64,000 bases of DNA. Origin: Bacteroidota bacterium. GTDB lineage: Bacteria; Bacteroidota; Bacteroidia; CAILMK01. The DNA lies in contig JABDBQ010000006.1 in assembly GCA_013288555.1 (NCBI GenBank), positions 20,628 to 84,627 on the forward strand, read 5' to 3'. Of this stretch, positions 49,090 to 57,375 are shown piece by piece. Below the pieces are notes generated by a model. It had not been told where the DNA came from, made no database searches, and saw only the letters and a list, made by a program, of their open reading frames with translations. Made by a program: the position numbers and the translations under genes. Numbering within the stretch: the first letter of the stretch is position 1; every line of letters begins with the position of its first letter.

Positions 49090-50604
49090 TTGAGTAAAGA
49101 ACTTGTAATAAAAACTTCGGCTGACGGTGCGGAAATAGCATTGCTTGATGACAGGCGGCTCATTGAACTGCACCACGATTCCATAGAAGAAAATTTTTTG
49201 GTCGGTGATATCTATCTCGGCCGGGTGAGAAAGGTCATTCCCAGCCTCAACGCTGCTTTTGTGGACATAGGCCATGAAAAAGACGCTTTTCTTCATTATC
49301 TCGACCTCGGCCCTGAAATCAGATCCTTCAATCGCTTTATTGATCTCGTCAAAAAAGGCAAGTTCACAGAGGCTGATCTTTCCAACTTCAGGTTTGAGCC
49401 TCAGATCCTGAAAACCGGGAAAATTGATGAGGTATTTGCGGCCAACCAGAATGTGGTGGTGCAGATCGTAAAAGAACCTATTTCCACCAAGGGCCCGCGG
49501 CTCAGTTCGCAAATCAGCCTTTCCGGGCGCTTTATCATCCTCATTCCATTCAACGACGGGGTTTCGCTATCGAAAAAAATACGGCTCAAAACGGAGCGCG
49601 ACCGGCTGAAAAACATCATGACCGCCCTGAAACCCAAAGGGTTCGGGATTATATTGCGTACCAATGCCGAAGGTGCTACAGAACAGGAACTGGAACAGGA
49701 CCTTTCCAAACTCAAAACGGACTGGGAAGGCATTGTAAAAGAACTGATAGCCGGCAATGTAAAACTATACAGTGAGGTAGACCGAACGGCAACGCTCTTG
49801 CGCGACCTTGTAAATGAAAGCTTTACGAAGATATTTGTGGATGACCCAAAGGTTGTGAAACAGATAAAGGGATACATGAACTCCATATCAGGGAATGATG
49901 ATATCGTAAAACTCTACAAGGGTGATAAACCGATATTTGAACAGTTTGACGTAGACCGGCAGATCAAATCGCTCTTTAACAAGATCGTGAACCTCGGTGC
50001 AGGTGCCTACCTGGTGATTGAACACACAGAGGCCATGCACGTAATAGACGTGAACAGTGGCAGCAAACGCAGCAAGGACGACGACCAGGAAGAGAATGCC
50101 ATGCGCACCAACCTTGAAGCTGCTGCAGAAATAGCACGCCAGCTGCGACTGCGCGATATGGGAGGCATCATTATTATCGACTTTATAGACATGCGAAAGG
50201 CCGCCAACAAAAAGATGATCTATGACCGCATGAAGGATACTATGAAGGACGACCGGGCCAAAAACACTGTCCTTCCGCTCACCAAGTTCGGGCTCATGCA
50301 GATCACCCGTCAGCGGGTACGGCCTGAAATTGTGATGGATAACCTGGAACCCTGCCCCGTATGCAACGGCACCGGCCAGATCAATAAAGGCGTACTCATT
50401 ACGCACGATATCATCCATGCCATCGAAAGCTCATTGGTAGATAACACACGCACCAATATACACATCAAAGTGCATCCCTATGTAGAAGCCTATCTTACCA
50501 AAGGCTTTATCTCAGAAAGAACCCGCTGGATGTTCCGCTTCAGGAAGTTCGTACACATCGAATCCGACGAAAACTTCGCGTTGAATAAATACGAGGTTTC
50601 TTAG
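49090..50604 (+). CDS. rng: Ribonuclease E/G family (Rng)
   Basis: TTG start. S1 domain 'VGDIYLGRVRKVIPSLNAAFVDIG', 'HVIDVNSG' and 'LRDMGGIIIIDFIDM'. Confidence 0.92.
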   Translation: MSKELVIKTSADGAEIALLDDRRLIELHHDSIEENFLVGDIYLGRVRKVIPSLNAAFVDIGHEKDAFLHYLDLGPEIRSFNRFIDLVKKGKFTEADLSNFRFEPQILKTGKIDEVFAANQNVVVQIVKEPISTKGPRLSSQISLSGRFIILIPFNDGVSLSKKIRLKTERDRLKNIMTALKPKGFGIILRTNAEGATEQELEQDLSKLKTDWEGIVKELIAGNVKLYSEVDRTATLLRDLVNESFTKIFVDDPKVVKQIKGYMNSISGNDDIVKLYKGDKPIFEQFDVDRQIKSLFNKIVNLGAGAYLVIEHTEAMHVIDVNSGSKRSKDDDQEENAMRTNLEAAAEIARQLRLRDMGGIIIIDFIDMRKAANKKMIYDRMKDTMKDDRAKNTVLPLTKFGLMQITRQRVRPEIVMDNLEPCPVCNGTGQINKGVLITHDIIHAIESSLVDNTRTNIHIKVHPYVEAYLTKGFISERTRWMFRFRKFVHIESDENFALNKYEVS

Positions 50605-50607
50605 TCC

Positions 50608-50757
50608 CCATGCTCTTCAGGATTTGCAATCCTGAAGTATAGCGTATGAGGATTTGTAATCCTTTTTTGAATCGATATAGCAATATGTATCTGTTATTTT
50701 ACGGACTGCAAGTCCTGATACTCAAAGGTCGAGACTGCAAATCACGACCAGAGGGGG
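50608..50757 (+). repeat. ~150-bp composite hairpin repeat (family C, ends in a family-A-like module), copy 1
   Basis: ccatgctcttcAGGATTtgcAATCCTgaagtat...AGGATTtgtAATCC...GGACTgcaAGTCCtgatactcaaaggtcgag...gaccagaggggg. A direct repeat of 51851..51997. Confidence 0.85.
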
Positions 50758-50759
50758 TA

Positions 50760-51074
50760 CTATTTTTTGATGTCAATGGGGTTTCTGCTTGTGTGGAAAA
50801 TATCAATGATAACTATCTTATTATCAAGAATTTCATAAATTATTTTATAATCCCATGCCAATACATATCTAAATTCTATTGACAAATCTTCAAGAAGCAG
50901 TTCTTTGGGATGTTTAAGCGGCATAGGCTGTATTTTTTCCGCCAGAGTAATAATGCGGTTACGAACCTTATCCGCCTGGGCTTTTGAACTTCAGTTTTTG
51001 ATATATAAATATACAGCCTTGAGAGATTGTATTGCTTTTTTGTCCCAGACAATCGGCAAATTTTTCTCTACCAT
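50760..51074 (-). pseudogene. RelE/ParE-family toxin with an in-frame TGA at codon 28
   Basis: Hand translation gives MVEKNLPIVWDKKAIQSLKAVYLYIKN*SSKAQADKVRNRI...YKIIYEILDNKIVIIDIFHTSRNP. The ATG overlaps the antitoxin stop (ATGGTAG). The TGA lies at 50991..50993. Confidence 0.7.
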
Positions 51075-51322
51075 GCATTCATATCTTTCTTCAAATCCTC
51101 GTGGGTTACAAATTCTCCATTTACCACAGCTTCATGAGCTTTCATAGCTCTTTCTTTTAGCTCTTTTATGGTCATGGGCTTTCCGGCAAGTAGGTCATTG
51201 CCAGATTTCCCTTCGGCTTCGTCTTTCACATTTTCAAGCTTTTTCAATAGATTTTGGTCATGAAGACCCTCAATCCAGGTTAACAGGTTCCGTTTTCGTG
51301 TTAAAATGCTATAGCTTGCCAT
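51068..51322 (-). CDS. Putative antitoxin of the ParE-like module
   Basis: Its position and overlap with the toxin start. Small, helical, charged protein. The family itself was not recognised. Confidence 0.5.
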   Translation of the reverse strand: MASYSILTRKRNLLTWIEGLHDQNLLKKLENVKDEAEGKSGNDLLAGKPMTIKELKERAMKAHEAVVNGEFVTHEDLKKDMNAW

Positions 51323-51850
51323 ATTTAGTAAGGATATATACACGAAGTTAACATCTATTCTTTTTAACAAGTTCAATTTGTTAAAAAACGCCTAAACTCT
51401 TCGGATTATTCCGGTTTATGAGGAGGGTGGTTCGGTCGATTAACACGAATCCAGGGATAACTTTCCAAATGGCAGGGTAGTCGGGACAAGTTGTGCTAAT
51501 GAGGGCAGGGGAATCAATGTGCGAATATGCAAATGTGCGAATATGCAAATTGATGAAAAATGATATCTCGTGATTTACCACCAAAGCCGTAAGTAGGGAT
51601 TCCCCCTTCCAAAGGGGGCAGGGGGATTTTACGCTCGCGTCAGCAAATTCCCCTCCTTTAGCAAGGAGGGGTGGCCTTTAGGCCGGGGTGGTTCGGTCGA
51701 TTAACACCAATCTTTATATGATTCTCCAAATGGCAGGGGTGTGTTCTACTACTCTCGCGCCAGCCTCCCTCTTTGAAGAGGGCAGGGAGATGAATACTCC
51801 CGCGACAGCAAACTCGCTCTCCGCACTCCCGCTCTCCGCACTCACTCCGC

Positions 51851-51997
51851 CCATGCTCTTCAAAATTTGCAATCCTGAAGTATGGCATATGAGGATTTGT
51901 AATCCGGTTTTGAATCGATATAGCAATAAGTAATGTTATTTACGGACTGCAAGTCCTGATACTCAAAGGTCGAGATTGCAAATCCCGACCAGGGGGG
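51851..51997 (+). repeat. Family C composite repeat, copy 2
   Basis: A direct repeat of 50608..50757. It truncates the hsdM stub at 51997. Confidence 0.85.
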
Positions 51998-52095
51998 AGC
52001 TGCTCCAGGTAATCTCCATACCCGACCCCATCATCCCTGAGGGTATTGCAGAAACTCCATACTTTAGATACGATCGCGGAATTGTTGTTTGACAT
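51997..52095 (-). pseudogene. hsdM: hsdM 5' stub (type I R-M methylase, codons 1-33 only)
   Basis: MSNNNSAIVSKVWSFCNTLRDDGVGYGDYLEQL compares with the EcoKI HsdM N-terminus MNNNDLVAKLWKLCDNLRDGGVSYQNYVNEL. The frame then runs into repeat C2. Confidence 0.7.
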
Positions 52096-52096
52096 T

Positions 52097-53602
52097 TTAT
52101 TTTTTAATCTTTTCCATTGCTTTGCTCGTTAAATAGTATCCCCCAGTATTTGCGGACGTGCCTCTAAATTCTATTAGATCAACGCTTCGTAGTTTCTTTA
52201 GGTACCTTTCTAAACTGCCATATGAATAGCTGGTTTCATCCTGATATTCAGGAATTCTAAGACCTTCATTTAGTGCAATTACAAATAAAACATGTACAAG
52301 TTTTTCTTTTACTCCTTTAGTTGCTCCTTCAATTGCTCCTTCAATTACTCCTTCAACAATTCTCCATTTTTCATTAGCATATACACCATCAGTTACTCCT
52401 TCACTTACACCATCACTTGCACCATCAGGTTCCAATTTTAAAGGAATAGTTGTTCTGAACGTGTCTTCATCAATAAATGAGGGGATAGTTCCTGGGCTGT
52501 AAATCGTTAAATATTTGGTAATGTTTCGAATACCGGAGCCTAATTCTTCAACCCGGCCCAACTGGGCGAAAAACCTCGCAATTGTAGGATTTTTAGGGAA
52601 TGGCGAAAATTTTTGAGGATTAATGGGGCCATGCCTGATTGGTTTATTTGCATTGTCTGTTTCGACACCGTCTTTGTAAATAATAAACTGGGCAGGGCTT
52701 GCATTGGTATATTCTCTATGGACAATAAGATTAGCTACTACTTCTCTAAAAATCCAGTCCCTCACATTAGTGCGCTGATCCCCCGAAATATAGAAACGAT
52801 CTGGAAGATGTTTGCCAACAAAGCCCATTAACAGGTCATAGGCTTCCAGAAGGTTTGTGCGGATATCCAGCCTGTCATCATATCTGTCCGTATTTTCTTT
52901 CCTTAATAGGGCGTCCGTTCTATAATGCGGCAATACAGAATGGATAACTTCGTCCCGGCCCAGTAATAAAACCGCTGCGAGCGTATATCCGTCATTCCCG
53001 GTTTTATAATCTAGTTGCCAAAGCCCTGCGCTTGCGAGAAATTGATCGTCAGGTAAAGCAAGCCAGGGATGGTCCGGCGTGTTGCTTCTGATAAGCTGCC
53101 GGGCCTTATCAAGCAGGCCTGGTTTAAAATCGCTAATCTTAATATATGGGAATATCTGATTTTCTGTGTAATAAGCAGATTTACGTGTATATATTCTGCT
53201 TATATCAACATCTGATTTTACCTTTATATCGGCATCTGCAACACGGTCATATACTATTCCATCGCAACGATGCACCTGTGAACTTTGTGGTACGTAAGTA
53301 TAAAGGATAGTGTCATTTCCAATTGTAGCCTCGAATAAATCAAGTAGATACGGTGGGTTCAATTTGCTGGGATTATTGCTGATCGTTGCAAAATCTGCTT
53401 TGATCTTTGAAACATTTGCCCGATCAACACCTATAATAGTTCCATTGTCTTTTACACCAAGCAAAATATAACCACCTTGTCTGTTGAGGAAAGCACAAAC
53501 GGATTCGAATACAGTGTTTGGTAAAGCCCAGCCAGATTCCTTAAATTCTACAGCGTTTCCTTCACCGTGATCAATAATGTGCCTAATTTGTTCCTCCGTC
53601 AT
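52097..53602 (-). CDS. AlbA_2 (Schlafen-like) DNA-binding domain + HATPase_c_4-type ATP-binding protein
   Basis: 'HGEGNAVEFKES...GGYILLGV' is AlbA_2. 'ANLIVHREY' is the ATPase-like core. There is an (E/D)GV-rich repeat 'DGASDGVSEGVTDGV...EGVIEGAIEGA' and a C-terminal wHTH-like region. Confidence 0.65.
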   Translation of the reverse strand: MTEEQIRHIIDHGEGNAVEFKESGWALPNTVFESVCAFLNRQGGYILLGVKDNGTIIGVDRANVSKIKADFATISNNPSKLNPPYLLDLFEATIGNDTILYTYVPQSSQVHRCDGIVYDRVADADIKVKSDVDISRIYTRKSAYYTENQIFPYIKISDFKPGLLDKARQLIRSNTPDHPWLALPDDQFLASAGLWQLDYKTGNDGYTLAAVLLLGRDEVIHSVLPHYRTDALLRKENTDRYDDRLDIRTNLLEAYDLLMGFVGKHLPDRFYISGDQRTNVRDWIFREVVANLIVHREYTNASPAQFIIYKDGVETDNANKPIRHGPINPQKFSPFPKNPTIARFFAQLGRVEELGSGIRNITKYLTIYSPGTIPSFIDEDTFRTTIPLKLEPDGASDGVSEGVTDGVYANEKWRIVEGVIEGAIEGATKGVKEKLVHVLFVIALNEGLRIPEYQDETSYSYGSLERYLKKLRSVDLIEFRGTSANTGGYYLTSKAMEKIKK

Positions 53603-53637
53603 CCGACAAAAATAAGAAATATGCAAGGAAGTGAGTG

Positions 53638-53712
53638 GCCGACCCCATCATCCCTGAGGGTATTGCAGAAACTCCATACTTTGGAGACGATCGCGGAATT
53701 GTTGTTGCTCAT
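53638..53712 (-). pseudogene. hsdM: Second hsdM 5' stub (codons 1-25)
   Basis: MSNNNSAIVSKVWSFCNTLRDDGVG, then unrelated sequence. It differs from the other stub only at synonymous positions. Confidence 0.7.
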
Positions 53713-53765
53713 ATTATCTAAATTTCAGATAGACAATTACTTCTTTTTTAAAATTTACGATGCTT

Positions 53766-54689
53766 TTAATCAAGCTTTTCTAAATCCTTGTCTGTGTTTA
53801 TTATTATAATAGCTTGTGGCTTATAGGACCTGTCAGTATTGCGCTCGTTTCGGACTAAAAAATCCTGAATTAATTGTTCTTTGCTTGATTTTATTATGGG
53901 TATAAGTCCTCCATTTTCAGGAAATAACTCAAGCAAGTAATCTGCAAAAAAGAAAAAGAAAAATTTTGCGCTTTTAAATTTGTTTTGCGCTTTCTTTTTC
54001 TTGTTATATTCTTCAGCCATTTCAATTGTAAAATATGCAAGATCATGAAATGGAATAGCTGCTTGAACATTTATAAGATGTTTCTCTATCTCCCCCGGAT
54101 TATATTTAAAATAGGGATGTCGAAAAACAGGAAACATTCCTGATTTATGTAATTCAGAAAAGGATATTTGGTTATTTATCGCAGATTTCATTTTAGATGT
54201 AGTCGTTATTGTTATTCCCATCGACTCTTTATCAAAGTCAGTAAAAGAATTATAATATTGTTCTAGATCTAAATCATTAATATCTAAATATTTATAAAGC
54301 GCAAATAGGGGAATCCCCTCTTTATTAACTTCTTTTGAATAACTCTCCATGTCGTTAATCTGATCTATTGAAATACCCTTATAAGTTCCATTCACAGAAT
54401 AGTCATAAATTTGACTTTTGGCTTGTATGTAATATCGTACGAATTTATTCTTAGAAACACTTCCAAGACATAATTCAAAATCATACCCCTCTTTAGCTTC
54501 CCGAATAGGACCTATCATTTTAATCGTATCAATATCTTTACAATTACTATTGGCCAAAACTTTTAAGGCCATAGATGTTAAGCCTTCTTCGCGAACTTGA
54601 AATATATTATACTTTTTGTCAGATAGAGGAGGGGTCATTTCTTCCCAAATCTTATAAGAGGCTTGTTTTAGTGCTTTTTCTAAATTCAT
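53766..54689 (-). CDS. Hypothetical protein with a PD-(D/E)xK-nuclease-like N-terminal core
   Basis: E64...D70-F-E72...Y-I-Q89-A-K91 with predicted beta-strand spacing. The C-terminal half is unrecognised and contains a KKKK/FFFFFF low-complexity tract. Confidence 0.45.
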   Translation of the reverse strand: MNLEKALKQASYKIWEEMTPPLSDKKYNIFQVREEGLTSMALKVLANSNCKDIDTIKMIGPIREAKEGYDFELCLGSVSKNKFVRYYIQAKSQIYDYSVNGTYKGISIDQINDMESYSKEVNKEGIPLFALYKYLDINDLDLEQYYNSFTDFDKESMGITITTTSKMKSAINNQISFSELHKSGMFPVFRHPYFKYNPGEIEKHLINVQAAIPFHDLAYFTIEMAEEYNKKKKAQNKFKSAKFFFFFFADYLLELFPENGGLIPIIKSSKEQLIQDFLVRNERNTDRSYKPQAIIIINTDKDLEKLD

Positions 54690-54700
54690 AACATAATTTT

Positions 54701-54793
54701 TTACACCAATTTCCCTTCAAATGCCTTTTTCAATATACTTTGCCGGAGGGTTTCGGCTTGTTGGAGGCTGTTGTTTATGGTTTCTTCTACTTT
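54701..54793 (-). pseudogene. hsdS: hsdS 3' stub (type I R-M specificity subunit C-terminal helix)
   Basis: Hand translation gives KVEETINNSLQQAETLRQSILKKAFEGKLV*, which carries the conserved HsdS C-terminus '...LRQSILKKAFxGxLV'. Confidence 0.65.
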
Positions 54794-54841
54794 ATTGTAA
54801 TATTTTATCAAAGTAATATTTACATTTAGACATTTATTATC

Positions 54842-57034
54842 TTATAATACGCATTCAAAAATACCTCTAACTTCTAAAGCATATAGTTCATCCCCTTGAA
54901 GTTCTAAATTTTTATAGTCATCATTATTACTTAATGGTTTGAGTGTTATTGACTCGTGTTGCCATTGATTATTTTCAACGATTTTCTTACTGTGATATTC
55001 TTTAACAGTATATGCAGATCCCGAATCAGGATCCTGTCGGCCACTAAGTTCTACTAAAACAATTTTTCCATTTCTTGATCCGCCTGTATATTTTCTAAAC
55101 AAGCAAATGGATCCATTTGGAATTATCTTATTCATGGATTCACCTTCAATCCTGCAAGCAAATAAATCTTTAGACGCTTTGTATCTGGATGGTATTTTAA
55201 CCCATTCATAATCTTCAGTATTGACAATCTGTGTTTCTGAAAAATTTCCGGCCGCAGCCCTTAAATTATAGAGAGGAACGCTGTTTTCATACGGATTAAC
55301 TTCCTCAATAGGAATAATCGGAGTGGGTTGTTCTACTTTATAATTTGCAATATGTTTTGAAAAATAGTCCCTGAGATTTTCATCACAAACATAGATATAT
55401 GTGCCTTTAATGCCTCTGAGCATAATAGTTTTATAAATGTTTATGATAAACTGTTTTAATGCTTCAGGATCGGATATCCCTTGGTAACCGTTTCTGTCAA
55501 AATAATTCTCCGACTTTATAATGATTTCATCATTGACTTTATCATAGCTGATTTCATTACCAAAAATGATTCCCCCGTAGTTTAAATCATATCCCTGAGT
55601 GGTGTGAATACATCCAACTTCGTTGATTGAATTCTCAGAATTCACCCAATCGATATTGCCACTATTCCATTTCAATTCCAGGTTGTCTATTTTAATATCG
55701 TACAGGTTTGGATCTTTCTGTGATACCCATTTCCAGGAGTATCCGGCGACCAATCTTGCTAAGCCATTTTCAGTATTTCTCAGCCTGATCTGCCTCTGCA
55801 TATCCTCCAGAGAATCGAACATGAGAAACTCATAATCGGGAGAATCAAATACTTTTTTTGTTGGTTCAAGTTTGCAATTCAGAAGGTCATCTATATATTT
55901 AACATAGTCATTTCCACCCCTAACCCTGAATTGAGATTTTAGATATTCTATTTTAGTAAGCCTATTGAGTTTTAACTTGTCGAAATCTTCTTTTTTGGCA
56001 TCGGATGGCTTTATTGATTGATTTTCATCATAAAACAAGATTGCCTTTGAAGATTGTTTTAGAATCCAGTCCAATTCGCTGCAAGTGTTTTTATCCAACT
56101 GCAGTTTACTGCAGACCTGATCGAATACGCCAAAATAAGTCCCTAAATTCACTCGTCGCCTCAATCGATGTGACTCATCAACAATAAGAATATCAAACTT
56201 AGTATCAGCAACCTCAGAAGGCCCGATAGCCATGCTCGCCTTTAGGCCTTTGACATTTGCAAAAACTTTTTTTAGCGTTTTCCGAAATGAAGACATTGGC
56301 ACAACCAATGCCATTTTGGGATCAGGATACTTAATCTTTAGCTCGAATATTAATTCTTTAAATTCAAGTTCATCATATTCAAACTCGTTGAAATTGAAGT
56401 CTTCGATATTTGTATTAAGCAACTTGAAAAGAAAAGTTGCTAAAATAGTTTTTCCTGTTCCTGCGCCGCCTTCAATGACAATATTTTTGAAGTTGTCGTT
56501 AAGCAAACACTTAATAATCACCAGTAAACCGCGTCGCTGTTCTGTACTTAGACTTTTATAGGGCGAGTATTTAAACAAATCAGAATTGTCGATATATTCA
56601 ATAGAATGTTTTGATATACCTTCGGTTCTTAATTTGTCCCAGATTGATTTGAAAATGTCCAAGTATACTTCCTTTTTTTGGTAGTAATTATGATTTGCTA
56701 ATCCTGCGTTTCCATTTTGTAATTTGTATTGCCCGTCACCTGAAATATATTTTATCAGGTTAGATTCAATATCTAAAGTGGCTGATTTATTAAACTTACC
56801 GCTCGTAATTAGGTGAACTGCGGTTAGTTTACTTTTTGATTTGCTTTTTAGATGCGTGGTTATCCTGGCGTAGGTATCAGTTGTCTCACCTACATATGCT
56901 TCTTTGATATTACCATCGCTTAAAATATAGACTATCGGCCATAAGTCCTTCGCGTAGTGGAGATTTTGAAATTTATCAATGACCCCGGGATTGAATTCAA
57001 ACTTATTTATGATGAAGTCATTATGCAGGTTCAT
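54842..57034 (-). CDS. GIY-YIG nuclease / DUF2075 (Schlafen-type) P-loop NTPase / S24 LexA-like peptidase fusion protein
   Basis: GIY-YIG: 'IVYIL-x9-YVGET', R, 'DIESNLI', 'LQNGN'. Walker A is 'GGAGTGKT' and Walker B is 'ILIVDESHRL'. S24: 'VPLYNLRAAAGNF' (Ala595-Gly596), 'GESM' (Ser633), 'YTVKEY' (Lys678). Confidence 0.8.
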   Translation of the reverse strand: MNLHNDFIINKFEFNPGVIDKFQNLHYAKDLWPIVYILSDGNIKEAYVGETTDTYARITTHLKSKSKSKLTAVHLITSGKFNKSATLDIESNLIKYISGDGQYKLQNGNAGLANHNYYQKKEVYLDIFKSIWDKLRTEGISKHSIEYIDNSDLFKYSPYKSLSTEQRRGLLVIIKCLLNDNFKNIVIEGGAGTGKTILATFLFKLLNTNIEDFNFNEFEYDELEFKELIFELKIKYPDPKMALVVPMSSFRKTLKKVFANVKGLKASMAIGPSEVADTKFDILIVDESHRLRRRVNLGTYFGVFDQVCSKLQLDKNTCSELDWILKQSSKAILFYDENQSIKPSDAKKEDFDKLKLNRLTKIEYLKSQFRVRGGNDYVKYIDDLLNCKLEPTKKVFDSPDYEFLMFDSLEDMQRQIRLRNTENGLARLVAGYSWKWVSQKDPNLYDIKIDNLELKWNSGNIDWVNSENSINEVGCIHTTQGYDLNYGGIIFGNEISYDKVNDEIIIKSENYFDRNGYQGISDPEALKQFIINIYKTIMLRGIKGTYIYVCDENLRDYFSKHIANYKVEQPTPIIPIEEVNPYENSVPLYNLRAAAGNFSETQIVNTEDYEWVKIPSRYKASKDLFACRIEGESMNKIIPNGSICLFRKYTGGSRNGKIVLVELSGRQDPDSGSAYTVKEYHSKKIVENNQWQHESITLKPLSNNDDYKNLELQGDELYALEVRGIFECVL

Positions 57035-57375
57035 AACTCATCATATTTTTTTGCGGTTCCCCTGGCTTTATCTACCGGATATTTTACAGAATTTATTTTG
57101 ATCTTTTCACGAATAATGTCATTTACATCGAAACCATATTTTTCAGCAATCAGGAAAGCATATGTGAATATATCAGCTAATTCTTCTTTTACTTTTTCTT
57201 TGTTTGCTGATTCAGCATCTTTCCACAAAAAGAGTTCTAACAATTCGCTAGTTTCAATATTCAATGCGATCGCCAGATCCTTCGGATTATGGAATTGTTT
57301 CCAATCCCTTTCATCGCGGAATTTTATTATCTCAGCGATTATTTCATCAAAATCATTCATTGGATTATCTGGCAT
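57031..57375 (-). CDS. MazG-like nucleotide pyrophosphohydrolase (single-domain)
   Basis: 'RDERDWKQFHNPKDLAIALNIETSELLELFLWK' and 'VKEELADIFTYAFLIA' are EExxE / EExxD metal-binding helices. A 4-nt overlap joins it to the 730-aa gene. Confidence 0.75.
   Translation of the reverse strand: MPDNPMNDFDEIIAEIIKFRDERDWKQFHNPKDLAIALNIETSELLELFLWKDAESANKEKVKEELADIFTYAFLIAEKYGFDVNDIIREKIKINSVKYPVDKARGTAKKYDEL

Noticed and set aside
49401-50418. Minus-strand ORFs of 161 and 176 aa inside rng, and plus-strand ORFs (62242..63684) inside gpmI
   Set aside because: They are antisense shadows of well-supported conserved genes and have no recognisable motifs.
50991-50993. In-frame TGA in the ParE-like gene as recoding (selenocysteine, or TGA read as Trp/Gly)
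   Set aside because: Several other genes in the window terminate at TGA, for example the FAD monooxygenase N-terminal ORF at its split. No SECIS-like hairpin is obvious downstream. Toxin inactivation is the simpler explanation.
52022-53712. The ~74-bp direct repeats around the AlbA_2 gene as a target-site duplication or attL/attR
   Set aside because: They are the first 25 codons of hsdM and differ only at synonymous sites, including a TCA/AGC serine switch. This indicates two diverged gene copies rather than a duplication created by insertion.
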